NCBI GenBank assembly: GCA_965226375.1
Contig: CBDDCX010000007.1
Location: 192,001 to 256,000, forward strand
Length of the DNA: 64,000 nt
From: Longimicrobiales bacterium
GTDB lineage: Bacteria; Gemmatimonadota; Gemmatimonadetes; Longimicrobiales; Gaopeijiaceae
Reading direction: 5' to 3'
Below are positions 48,720 to 58,024 of the stretch, piece by piece. The notes under the pieces are model-generated. The model was not told the origin of the DNA. It saw only the letters and a program-made list of their open reading frames with translations, and did no database searches. Each line of letters opens with the position of its first letter. Position 1 is the first letter of the stretch. Both the position numbers and the translations under genes were made by a program.

Positions 48720-48905
48720 GTGGTAAACCAAGAATACGAGGAACTCGACGTGAGATCAAGACCACTTACCGTGGCCACCAGGGTGACCGAAGCGGAGCAC
48801 GAGGCGATCTCGGCCGCTGCTGAAGACAGAGGCACCTCGGTTGATGGTCTCATCAGAGAGTGCTTGATCCCGAAGGTCGCCCAGATCCTCAAGGGACCTC
48901 GATGA
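48720..48905 (+). CDS. small ribbon-helix-helix-like protein
   Basis: TVATRVTEAEHEAISAAAEDRGTSVDGLIR strand-helix-helix pattern; divergent from the repressor. Confidence 0.55.
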   Translation: MVNQEYEELDVRSRPLTVATRVTEAEHEAISAAAEDRGTSVDGLIRECLIPKVAQILKGPR

Positions 48906-48993
48906 CATCTCCCTCACGGATTCCTTCCGATTGCCACCATTCTTCCGTCTTGCTGCTCAGGAACTCCACGATGTAGTGGACGTTTTCTGACAT
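48889..48993 (-). CDS. 34-aa ORF, possibly a gene remnant
   Basis: MSENVHYIVEFLSSKTEEWWQSEGIREGDVIEVP with a strong GAGGGAGG RBS. Confidence 0.3.
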   Translation of the reverse strand: MSENVHYIVEFLSSKTEEWWQSEGIREGDVIEVP

Positions 48994-49222
48994 GATGCGC
49001 CTCCCTCACTTGACCCGAAGACGGCAGCAGGGCGAACGTACAGAGCGCGGCCCCCCGGGGTCGTTGCACTTGTGAGGCGTCGGTGTTTCTTTCGCGAGAG
49101 CCCGGCGCCTCGCTTATTGTGATGGTGTCATAATGCGGAGGCGTTGGAACACCGTCAAGGATTATCATGTACACCCATTCGGGAGTGTTGAACTGAAGAA
49201 TCCTGGCAGGGATGTACGTGCT

Positions 49223-49432
49223 ATGCTCGTTAAGCGGATTCTCACCGAAGCCGGACTGACCCGTGCTCAACTCGCTCGTGATACGGGCTTGAATGAGGCC
49301 ACCCTGTGGGCGTGGGTGACTGGTCGCAGGGTCCCCGAACCCGAATCCCTACAGAGGCTGGCCGCTGGTCTCGAGCGTCGCGGCGGTGAGCTATCCGAGT
49401 TGGCGAAGGAACTGCGGAAGGCTGCCGAATGA
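49223..49432 (+). CDS. small XRE/Cro-like HTH protein
   Basis: GLTRAQLARDTGLNEATLWAWVTGRRVP. Confidence 0.75.
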   Translation: MLVKRILTEAGLTRAQLARDTGLNEATLWAWVTGRRVPEPESLQRLAAGLERRGGELSELAKELRKAAE

Positions 49433-49549
49433 CCGGCAACCCGATCAAGTGCGCCAGATGCGGTGAGGTCATCGATCCCGCCGTGATTGACGAGACCTTC
49501 GAGTTTTGGACGGCGGACGGCAAACCTCGACACAGGGGTATTTGTCCGA

Positions 49550-50616
49550 ATGGGGTATTGCCTTAAGTCCACCGCCCACTACATGTTGTGGTCATGGCGG
49601 TTCCGGCTTCTCAGCTCCGTGGCGGCGTGGACTATCCCCGTACGCGGCTGGAGCTGGACGAGTTCTTCCCCGACGATGCGGCATGCCTGGAGTACGTGGA
49701 GGGTCTGCGCTGGCCGGAAGGGTTTGTGTGCGTGGGCTGTGGCGGGTTGGGAGAGGTCTGGCGAGCATCGCGGGGGCGTCTCGTCTGCCCACACTGTCGA
49801 AGGCAGACCTCGGTGCTGGCGGGAACCGTGTTCCACCGCACGCGCTCGCCCCTGCGTCTGTGGTTTCTCGCTGCCTGGGAGCTCACGAGCCAGAAATACG
49901 GAGCCAATGCTCTCGGGCTCCAGCGCGTGCTCGGACTGGGAAGCTACAAGACAGCGTGGGTCTGGCTCCACAAGCTCCGCCGGGCCATGGTCCGACCGGA
50001 TCGCGACCAGCTGAGCGGCGTTGTGCAAGTGGACGAGAGCTATGTCGGGGGCGTGGAGGCTGGAGTGCGGGGCCGCGAGACGATCAAGAAGGCCATCGTC
50101 GCGATCGCCGCCGAGGTCGACGGACGCAAGATCGGGAGAATACGGCTGCGTTGGGTGCCCGACCTCTCCGCTCCGGTTCTGCGAGGCTTCGTCAAGGATA
50201 GCATCGCACCGGCAAGCACGGTGCATACCGACGGATGGCCAAGCTATCAGGGACTCGCCAAACTGGGCTTTCGCCACACGGTCACGAACCTCTCGACCTC
50301 CGGCGATCCCGCTCACGTGCTCATGTCGGCCGTACATCGGGTGGCGTCTCTCCTCAAGCGCTGGGTCCTCGGAACCCTCCAAGGAGGGATCGCCCGCGAA
50401 CACCTCCCCTACTATCTGGACGAGTTCACCTTTCGCTTCAACCGACGCACATCCCGGGCTCGCGGCCTGTTGTTCTACCGCTTGCTTGAGCAGGCTGTTC
50501 AGTGTGCTCCCACGCCAGCTTCGGCCCTTTACCTCGGCACCGGACGTGGGAAACGGCCCGCAGAGCCCCGGTAACCACTATATCTTGGGGTCGGTGGACT
50601 TAAGGGAATACCCCCT
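49550..50616 (+). mobile_element. IS1595-family element, copy 2, 1067 bp
   Basis: Same ends and length as copy 1; 8-bp TSD TTGTCCGA at 49542-49549 and 50617-50624. Confidence 0.92.
49588..50574 (+). CDS. IS1595 family transposase
   Basis: 328-aa protein identical to 14681-15667. Confidence 0.95.
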   Translation: MVMAVPASQLRGGVDYPRTRLELDEFFPDDAACLEYVEGLRWPEGFVCVGCGGLGEVWRASRGRLVCPHCRRQTSVLAGTVFHRTRSPLRLWFLAAWELTSQKYGANALGLQRVLGLGSYKTAWVWLHKLRRAMVRPDRDQLSGVVQVDESYVGGVEAGVRGRETIKKAIVAIAAEVDGRKIGRIRLRWVPDLSAPVLRGFVKDSIAPASTVHTDGWPSYQGLAKLGFRHTVTNLSTSGDPAHVLMSAVHRVASLLKRWVLGTLQGGIAREHLPYYLDEFTFRFNRRTSRARGLLFYRLLEQAVQCAPTPASALYLGTGRGKRPAEPR

Positions 50617-50750
50617 TTGTCCGAAGTTCAAGAATACCGAATAAACCCCGCAGACGCTTAGAACGTGAATACAAGCCTCTGAGACGGCTCCTGCTTGCGC
50701 TTCCCGACCTGCGGATAGGATGTTGAGCACCGCCTGATCTCGGAGTGCCC

Positions 50751-51865
50751 ATGTCCGATCCCATCGTCCGCCTGAACGCCGCCCTCGAGGGCCGCTACGC
50801 CATAGAGCGTGAGCTTGGCGAAGGCGGCATGGCCACCGTCTATCTGGCGGACGACCTGAAGCACGAACGGAAGGTCGCGCTGAAGGTCCTGAAGCCTGAA
50901 CTAGCTGCGGTTGTCGGCGCCGAACGCTTCCTCGCCGAGATCAAAACCACCGCAAACCTCCAGCACCCGCACATCCTGCCTCTCTTCGATTCCGGCGAAG
51001 CCGATTCCTTCCTCTTCTACGTGATGCCCCACGTCCACGGGGAATCACTCAGGGAGCGCATCGACCGCGAGAAGCAGCTCGGTGTCGAGGACTCGGTCGC
51101 CATCACGCGGAAGGTGGCCGACGCACTGGACTACGCGCACGGGAACGGCGTCGTCCATCGCGACATCAAGCCCGGCAATATCCTGCTCAGTGAGCGGGGA
51201 GAGCCGCTCGTTGCGGACTTCGGGATTGCTCTGGCCGTGGCACAGGCGGGTGCGGGGCGCATCACGGAGACGGGATTGAGCCTCGGCACTCCGCACTACA
51301 TGAGCCCGGAGCAGGCGACGGGCGACCGGGACGTGGACCCCCGCTCGGATGTCTACGCGCTCGGCTGTGTGCTCTACGAGATGCTCGCCGGGCAGCCACC
51401 CTTCTCTGCCACCACTGCCCAAGCGGTGCTGGTCAAGATTCTCACGGCGGATGCACCGTCGATCACGAGTGAGCGGAGGACCGTGCCTCCAAACGTCGGT
51501 GCGGCCCTGGTGAGGTCACTTGAAAAGCTGCCCGCCGACCGCTTCACGAGCGCGGCTGACTTCGCGGCTGCGCTCGCGGACCAGAGCTTCACGTATGAGG
51601 CGCGGGCTCGGACTTCCGTAGCGGCCTTTACCCCGGAGCCGGTAACCACGCCCGCCATAGTGCCTGGCCCTTGGAATCGGCTGACGGTCGCCTTGGGACG
51701 ACCGCTGTCCTCCTTGCAGGGTTGGCCGCCTGGGGCTGGCTCCGGCCATCTCCCGAGCCCGGCGTCACTACGCGGGCGTCAGTGACAGGTGTCGGCATAA
51801 CTGCCTCGGGTGGTGGCTGGAGGCTCGCGATCTCGCCGGATGGCCGTTCGATTCTGAAAGCGTGA
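50751..51865 (+). pseudogene. Hanks-type Ser/Thr kinase with TM helix and truncated PD40 propeller
   Basis: GEGGMATV, VALK, HRDIKPGN, DFG, GTPHYMSPE, SDVYALG; frameshift at ~51695; ends after the first AISPDG repeat. Confidence 0.88.
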
Positions 51866-51929
51866 GTTGGGTGAAGGCGGCATGGCTACGGTTTATCTCG
51901 CCAAGGACTTGAAGCACAATCGCGAGGTG
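51858..51929 (+). pseudogene. 24-codon fragment of a second Ser/Thr kinase (subdomain I)
   Basis: KRELGEGGMATVYLAKDLKHNREV; differs from the first kinase mostly at synonymous positions. Confidence 0.85.
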
Positions 51930-51931
51930 CG

Positions 51932-52420
51932 GATGGGTACTTGCGGCGGTTCGCCGACCTTGAGATTGGGCTCCCCAAGCCCAACTCTCATGAGTTCTGT
52001 CTTAACCTTCTCAGGAATCTGAAGACCGCCGGGTTGTCGAGTACCGCTACCGAGACACTTGCCAGGTTCGCTGATCTGTTCGAGTTGCCGCTACGCACCC
52101 AGGAGCGATGTTTCACGGAGATGAGTGCTGTGGCAGCGACCATGCCAGGAGTAGCGGCAGAAGGAGCACTCGCCTTCATGTGCGCCTTCCGGGCTGCCGA
52201 TGTTGAGCAGTACCACGCTTACCGAACCGAAAGATCCAGCCTGAAGACTAGCCTGAGTCAGATGGGGGTGAAGCGGCAGCGTCGTGACGATGAGACGGTC
52301 TACTTTAAACAGACCAGTGAGATCCTAGGCGATACGATGACGGCACTGAACCAGAGGATCGGTTGGACAAGCAGGTTGATGGAGCGCCTTGAGGTGGTGG
52401 CGAACCTTCTTGATGAATGA
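51932..52420 (+). pseudogene. C-terminal remnant of a KAP-family P-loop NTPase-like protein
   Basis: DGYLRRFADLEIGLPKP and LPLRTQER resemble the distal KAP motifs; no Walker A/B. Confidence 0.55.
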
Positions 52421-52732
52421 CGAGAGGCGGAACAACTTCAGCCCGATTAACGTGCTCGACTACAACGGGCTCCGGGTGGTGTGGTCAGCGGTTGAAGGAC
52501 AGGACTGACTTTGGTCAGTTCTTGGTCAATTCCACTTGAAAAAGATGGTAGAATGGTGTAGACGTAGGAGACGGGCAGATCGGCACCTTGCCCTTCGGTT
52601 GCAACAGAATACGGTCGCCCGGCAAAGGCTTGAAAAGGCTACCCGTCAGACTCAAAATCCGGCGGGCTTCGGCCCTTGGGGGTTCGAGTCCCCCTCCCGG
52701 CACTGGTCGCAAGTGCTGCTCCTGAGGAGATC

Positions 52733-53278
52733 ATGAGAACCATACTGACGGCACTCTTGGTGGTGGGATGCCTTTGGCACGGTGGCGTAGGGGCCCAGGA
52801 GCGCGTGCAGAACGGCGAGAGGATCCGTGTAGAACACCATGTGGACGGGGGAGACCCGGAGATGGTGGAAGGGTGGCTTGTAGGCATCCACCCGGGCGAT
52901 TCGATCGTCTTGGCCACCAGGGCCGATCGGGACAGGATTTCGTTCAGAACTACGCTCGTGGACCGGTTCCAGGTCTATCGCATCGACACCAAGGTCACCC
53001 AGGTGGCCCTACTGGGCACGGTGGCCGGCGGTCTAATCATGTTTCCCTTCACCGAGTCCGAGTGCTCCGACACCCGGACCGAGATCTGTCTCGGCCGTGT
53101 CACAGTGCTGTACGCGGCGGCCGGGGGCTTCCTGCTGGGAGGTCTTATCGGCTCTTTTTTCAAGGTCCCGACGTGGAAGGATGTGGCGCCCGAGTCGTTC
53201 CGATTTCCGTTGGTCCAACCCGCTTTGACCTTCGATGGTGGGGTGGGGTTTTCGGCGAGGGTTGCGCTGCCGCATTAG
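52733..53278 (+). CDS. hypothetical exported/membrane protein
   Basis: GAGGAG RBS, signal peptide, two Gly-rich hydrophobic segments. Confidence 0.6.
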   Translation: MRTILTALLVVGCLWHGGVGAQERVQNGERIRVEHHVDGGDPEMVEGWLVGIHPGDSIVLATRADRDRISFRTTLVDRFQVYRIDTKVTQVALLGTVAGGLIMFPFTESECSDTRTEICLGRVTVLYAAAGGFLLGGLIGSFFKVPTWKDVAPESFRFPLVQPALTFDGGVGFSARVALPH

Positions 53279-53492
53279 TGCCGATGGGTGGGTGACTCTC
53301 CCGTGGATAGGATGCGGTCCGCCTTCCTGTGCCAGGTCCTGCACAGCAACCTGTCTTACACCCTCGGGGCTCCTTAGAATGACCTCCTAGAGTCGGGCGC
53401 TCCTGACCGGTGGTCTCATCCCGGAACCGGATCGTCATGTTGTGTTTGCGGCTCGGATGCCGCTCCCACTCCGCAGAAGGCTGGAAATTGCT

Positions 53493-54284
53493 TTGGACGC
53501 CACTCCTACCCCCGTCCTCGTCGAACGGGACGAAGCGGTCGCGGTCCTCACGCTCAACCGTCCCGAGCGTCTGAACGCCGTAAGTCCCGACCTCTACCGG
53601 GTGCTCAAGCAGGCCCTCGACGACATCGAGTCCGATCGGGATGTAAGGGTCGTGGTGCTCACCGGCGCGGGCCGAGGCTTCTGCGTGGGGGCCGATCTCA
53701 AGTCCCACTCCGAGGGGCCCATGTCGGCGGAGGCACGGCGGGACTATATCGGCCTCGCTCAGACGGTGAACGCGGGCCTGCAGCACAGCCGGGTGCCTGT
53801 CGTAGCCGCGGTGAATGGCCACGCGATCGGGGCTGGGTTGGAGCTCGCCCTATCCGCCGACTTTATCCTGGTGGCCCGAGACGCGAAGCTCCGTCTTCCT
53901 GAGGTCGCTCTGGGGACCTTCGTCGGCGGAGGCGTTACGTACCGACTTCCGCGGCGTGTCGGTGACCTCAAGGCGAGGGAGCTCATTCTCGCGGGTGACT
54001 TCTTCAGCGGCGAAGACGCTGCAACCATGGGCTTGGCCAGCCGTGCCTTGCCCGCTGAGGATGTGCTGGCGGCGGCGCTCGTGCTCGCGAAGGAGCTCGC
54101 GCTCAAAGCGCCTCTCTCGATGACGGCGGCCAAGCGCCTGCTGAATCGCTCACGGGACATGACGTCCGAGGAGGCCATGGCCGAGGAAGCGGACGCGTTG
54201 GACGCGATCATGGAGAGTGAGGACTGGGGGGAAGGGGTTCGAGCGTTCGCAGAGAAAAGACCACCGCGTTTCCTCGGAAATTAG
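53493..54284 (+). CDS. enoyl-CoA hydratase/isomerase family protein
   Basis: LTLNRPERLNA, FCVGADL, VNGHAIGAGLELAL, PEVALG, EGVRAFAEKRPP. Confidence 0.92.
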   Translation: MDATPTPVLVERDEAVAVLTLNRPERLNAVSPDLYRVLKQALDDIESDRDVRVVVLTGAGRGFCVGADLKSHSEGPMSAEARRDYIGLAQTVNAGLQHSRVPVVAAVNGHAIGAGLELALSADFILVARDAKLRLPEVALGTFVGGGVTYRLPRRVGDLKARELILAGDFFSGEDAATMGLASRALPAEDVLAAALVLAKELALKAPLSMTAAKRLLNRSRDMTSEEAMAEEADALDAIMESEDWGEGVRAFAEKRPPRFLGN

Positions 54285-54322
54285 GCGATCCGGGTGACGA
54301 TCTGGACGTTGAGGCTGGTCGG

Positions 54323-56493
54323 GTGAATAAGCCGGACGGTCTCGAGGATGTGCCGCCGGAGCGTCCAGTGGACGGCAGCGGAGTACGGGCCGCACTCTAC
54401 CCTCGCTCCATCGCCGTGCTCGGTGCGTCCAGAAGCCCCAAGAAGCGAGGCAACCGAGTACTCCGCGCGCTTTCCGAGCTGGGATTCGAAGGGCCCGTCT
54501 ATCCGGTCAATCCCAACGCCACCGAGATCGACGGTCGGACGTGTTATCCAAACGTGGAGGCACTTCCGGAGGCGCCCGACCTGGCGCTGATCGCACTCCC
54601 GGGGTCGATGACTCCTGCGGCCGTCGAGGCGTGTGGGCGGGCGGGCGTCCGAGCGGCCATCATCCTGGCGGTGGGCTTCGCGGAGTCGGGCGAGGAGGGC
54701 GCTGAGCTACAGGCGAGCCTGCTCGAGGCGGCGCGCGACTCCGGGGTCCGGATCGTGGGTCCCAACACCTCTGGACTCCTGAACCTCGGCCTGGGACTCA
54801 ACCTGGTGGGTACGCCCGACCTCACTCCGGGCTCCATCGGCATCCTGAGTCAGTCGGGCAACATCGCGCTGGCCCTGATGAACGAGGGGGGACGCACTCC
54901 TGGGGTGGGTGTATCGGTATACGTGGGGGTGGGTAACGAGACCGACATCGGGTTCCACGAGTACCTTGACGTCCTCGCAGAAGATGACGGTACTGATGTG
55001 ATCGTGATCTACGCCGACGGCATGCGTGCCCCGGGAGCTTTCCTCCGCTCGGCCGCCCGCGTCACACGTTCCAAGCCCATCGTGTTTCTCAAGGGAGGGA
55101 GGCCGCCCGAGGGCTCGACGGCGGTGCTGTCGCACACCGGAGCATTGGCGGGAGATTACGCTGTGTTGAGCGCCGGTCTCAGGCAGGCCGGCGTGGTGGA
55201 GGTGACGCGTGAGGATGAGCTGCTCCCCGTGGCGCTGGCGCTGGCGAAACAACCTCCGGGCGCCGCGGGCGGTATCGCCATCCTCTCGGACGGGGGAGGG
55301 CAGAACGCCCTGGCCTGTGACCTGTTCCACGAGATGGGTTGTCCGACGGCGACGCTTTCGGCCGAGACGCGAGAAAGACTGGGGGTGATCCTCGGTCCGG
55401 CGGCCGCCGTGCGAAATCCCGTCGACGTGGCGGGAGCGGCCGACTCCAATCCGGGCGTGTTCGCCGACGCCCTCGGGGTTCTCGTCGGCGATCCGGGTGT
55501 GGCCGGTGTTCTGCTCGTGGGGTTGTTCGGGGATACCACATCGCATACTCGAAGACCTTCGAGCTGGTCGAGATGGAGGCCGCCGGTCGACTGATGAACG
55601 ATGCCGGGGCGGCGGGCAAGCCGGTGGTGGTGCACTCCATATACGCGAATGTGGATAGCCTTCCTCTCACGCACCTGAGAGAGGGAGGGGTGCCGGTGAC
55701 CTCTTCCCTGGAGATCGCCTGCCGGTGTGCGGAGGTAGTGGTTCGCAGGCGCGATCTTCTGCTTCGAGCTCCCGTTTGGGCGAGGGAAAATCTGGCGGAC
55801 AGGGCCGGCCTGAGGGCTCCGGCGACATCGCCTGCCTCTCTAACAGAGTGGCAGGCTCGTGAGGAGCTGTCGGCCTACGGGGCGCGCTTTGCTCCGGGAA
55901 GACTCGTGCGTACCAAGGACGACCTGGCCGGCCTGTCCTGGGACGCACCGTTCGCCATGAAGATCGTTTCGCCCGGCATTCCGCATAAGACGGAGGCCGA
56001 CGGTGTACTGCTCGACGTGGCCAGCCTGTCTGAAGCCGAAAATGGAATGTCACGGCTCATGGATTCGGCCCACACCTACCTGCAGGGTAAGGGGTCCGAC
56101 GCTTCGATCGACGGGATCCTGGTCACCGAGATGATGCCCGCTCCCGTCGCGGAGTTGCTCATCGGAGTTCGTCGGATGCCACGCCTCGGCTGTGTCCTCA
56201 CGGTCGGGGCAGGAGGGACCCGTACGGAGGCTCTCGGTGACGTGACTCACCGGGTCCTTCCCATCCACGCCACAGAGGTCGAGGAGATGCTCCTCGAGTT
56301 GCCCATAGCTCCCGTGCTCTCAGGCGCCCGAGGACGGCCTGCCGCCAGCCTGCAGGCAGTGTCGGAGTTGGTGTTGGCGGTGGTTCGATACGCCTTGCAC
56401 GATCCGTCGATCAGCGAGGTGGAGCTCAACCCCACCTTCGCTTATGCGGATCGGGCCATTGCCGTGGACGCTCTGGTGGTGCGACGCGCCTGA
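54323..56493 (+). CDS. acyl-CoA synthetase (NDP-forming, alpha-beta fusion) with apparent frameshift at 55529-55532
   Basis: PRSIAVLGAS, YPVNP, RIVGPN, SQSGN, SHTGALAG (phospho-His), NPVDV. One extra G restores FGGYH and joins the ATP-grasp half (KIVS..HKTE..GV, ELNP..AVDA). Confidence 0.85.
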
Positions 56494-56532
56494 GTATCAC
56501 CTGAGTATGGCATGAGTGTCCCCTGAGTATCG
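56489..56532. repeat. 11-bp imperfect tandem repeat x4 (CCTGAGTAT core)
   Basis: cctgagtatca / cctgagtatgg / catgagtgtcc / cctgagtatcg. Confidence 0.85.
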
Positions 56533-56679
56533 AGAAATCGTGAAAAGTGCACTTCATCGGGCGTGCATATTTCCTTAGTTTTAAACTCTGTCTTTCGGAT
56601 TGAGGCAATTGGCGGGAAATGCAGTGAATCAACGGCAATTTCGGCCTTGATTGGCAAATGTGCCGGCATCGGAGATGAA

Positions 56680-57987
56680 ATGGGTGACAACGGGAGTGAT
56701 GGAAACAACTCACTGACGGTTCGGGACAACCGTACGGGGCGTGAGTACGAGATAGATATTCAGGACGGCGACGTCATCAACGCGATGGACCTCCGCCAGA
56801 TCAAGGTCAATGAAGACGACTTCGGCATGATGTCGTATGACCCCGCCTTCTCCAACACGGCATCGACGCGCAGCGCCATCACCTTCATCGACGGTGGCAC
56901 GGGCATCCTGGAGTACCGGGGATATCCCATCGAGCAGCTCGCCGAGCGCAGCAACTTTCTCGAGGTAGCCTACCTGATCTTGAAGGGTGAGCTCCCCACC
57001 AAGCCGGAGTTGGACGAGTTCACGCAGAACATCACGATGCACACCTACGTGCACGAGAACTTTCGTCGCCTGATGCATGGGTTCCGCTATGACGCTCATG
57101 CCATGAGCATGGTCATCAGCGGTGTCGCGGCGCTCAACACGTTCTATCCCGACGGCACCAACGTCCGTGATGCGGACAACCGCTGGCTTCAGATCCAGCG
57201 TCTGGTGGCCAAGATGCCGACCTTGGCGGCTTACGCCTATCGACATCACCGGGGGCTGCCCGCCGTCTATCCGGAAAACGAGCTGTCCTATACGGCGAAC
57301 TTCCTGAACATGCTGTTCCGCATCGGTGGGCGGGAGTACAAGCCCAACCCGGTTCTGGAGCGGGCGCTCGATGTACTCTTCATTCTGCATGCGGATCACG
57401 AGCAGAACTGCTCGGCGACCACGATGCGGGTCATCGGCAGTGCGGAGACGGACCCCTACTCGTCCCTGGCCGGTGCCATGGGTGCCTTGTTCGGGCCGCT
57501 CCACGGTGGAGCGAATGAGGCCGTGCTGAGGATGCTCAACCGGATTGGATCCATGGACAACATCCCCGCGTTCATGGAGGGCGTAAAGAACAGGAAAGAG
57601 CGCCTCATGGGCTTCGGGCATCGGGTGTACAAGGCCTATGATCCCCGAGCCAGCATCATCAAGCGGACCGCGGATGAAGTATTCGAGGTCACGGGACGCA
57701 ATCCACTCCTGGACATCGCTCTCGAGCTCGAGAAGATCGCCCTCGAGGACGAGTTCTTCGTGTCGCGAAACCTGTATCCCAACGTCGACTTCTACTCCGG
57801 TCTCATCTACCAAGCTCTGGGATTCCCGGTCGAGATGTTCGGAGTGCTTTTCGCGATACCGCGCACCGTGGGATGGCTCGCTCAGTGGGAGGAGATGCTC
57901 GAGGACAAGGAACAGCGCATCTCCCGTCCCCGGCAGATCTTCACGGGGAGTGCCAAGAGAGATTTCGTGCCGATCGAAGATCGCTAG
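56680..57987 (+). CDS. gltA: citrate synthase
   Basis: YRGYPIEQL, LHADHEQN, LHGGANE, GFGHRVYK, YPNVDFYSG; start moved to ATG 56680 (GGAG RBS). Confidence 0.96.
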   Translation: MGDNGSDGNNSLTVRDNRTGREYEIDIQDGDVINAMDLRQIKVNEDDFGMMSYDPAFSNTASTRSAITFIDGGTGILEYRGYPIEQLAERSNFLEVAYLILKGELPTKPELDEFTQNITMHTYVHENFRRLMHGFRYDAHAMSMVISGVAALNTFYPDGTNVRDADNRWLQIQRLVAKMPTLAAYAYRHHRGLPAVYPENELSYTANFLNMLFRIGGREYKPNPVLERALDVLFILHADHEQNCSATTMRVIGSAETDPYSSLAGAMGALFGPLHGGANEAVLRMLNRIGSMDNIPAFMEGVKNRKERLMGFGHRVYKAYDPRASIIKRTADEVFEVTGRNPLLDIALELEKIALEDEFFVSRNLYPNVDFYSGLIYQALGFPVEMFGVLFAIPRTVGWLAQWEEMLEDKEQRISRPRQIFTGSAKRDFVPIEDR

Positions 57988-58024
57988 TCCACAGTCGAAT
58001 CAGGGTTCGCTCAGAGGAGAAGAC

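Larger units (their letters stand above)
49429..50644 (+). pseudogene. 46-aa zinc-finger-like ORF interrupted near its 3' end by IS1595
   Basis: MTGNPIKCARCGEVID..HRGICP|KFKNTE* is restored on removing the IS; ATGA overlap with the upstream HTH gene. Confidence 0.5.
46633..52704. mobile_element. decayed integrative element (~6 kb) inserted in tRNA-Leu
   Basis: Identical 56-bp direct repeats 46633-46688 (attL) and 52649-52704 (attR) starting in the anticodon arm; tyrosine integrase next to attL. Confidence 0.92.

Noticed and set aside
50805..51929. Kinase N-terminal duplicate as a diversity-generating retroelement TR/VR pair
   Set aside because: Differences are mostly synonymous and not adenine-specific, and no reverse transcriptase is in the window.
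52649..52704. Second tRNA-Leu gene
   Set aside because: Only the 3' part from the anticodon arm is present; this is attR.
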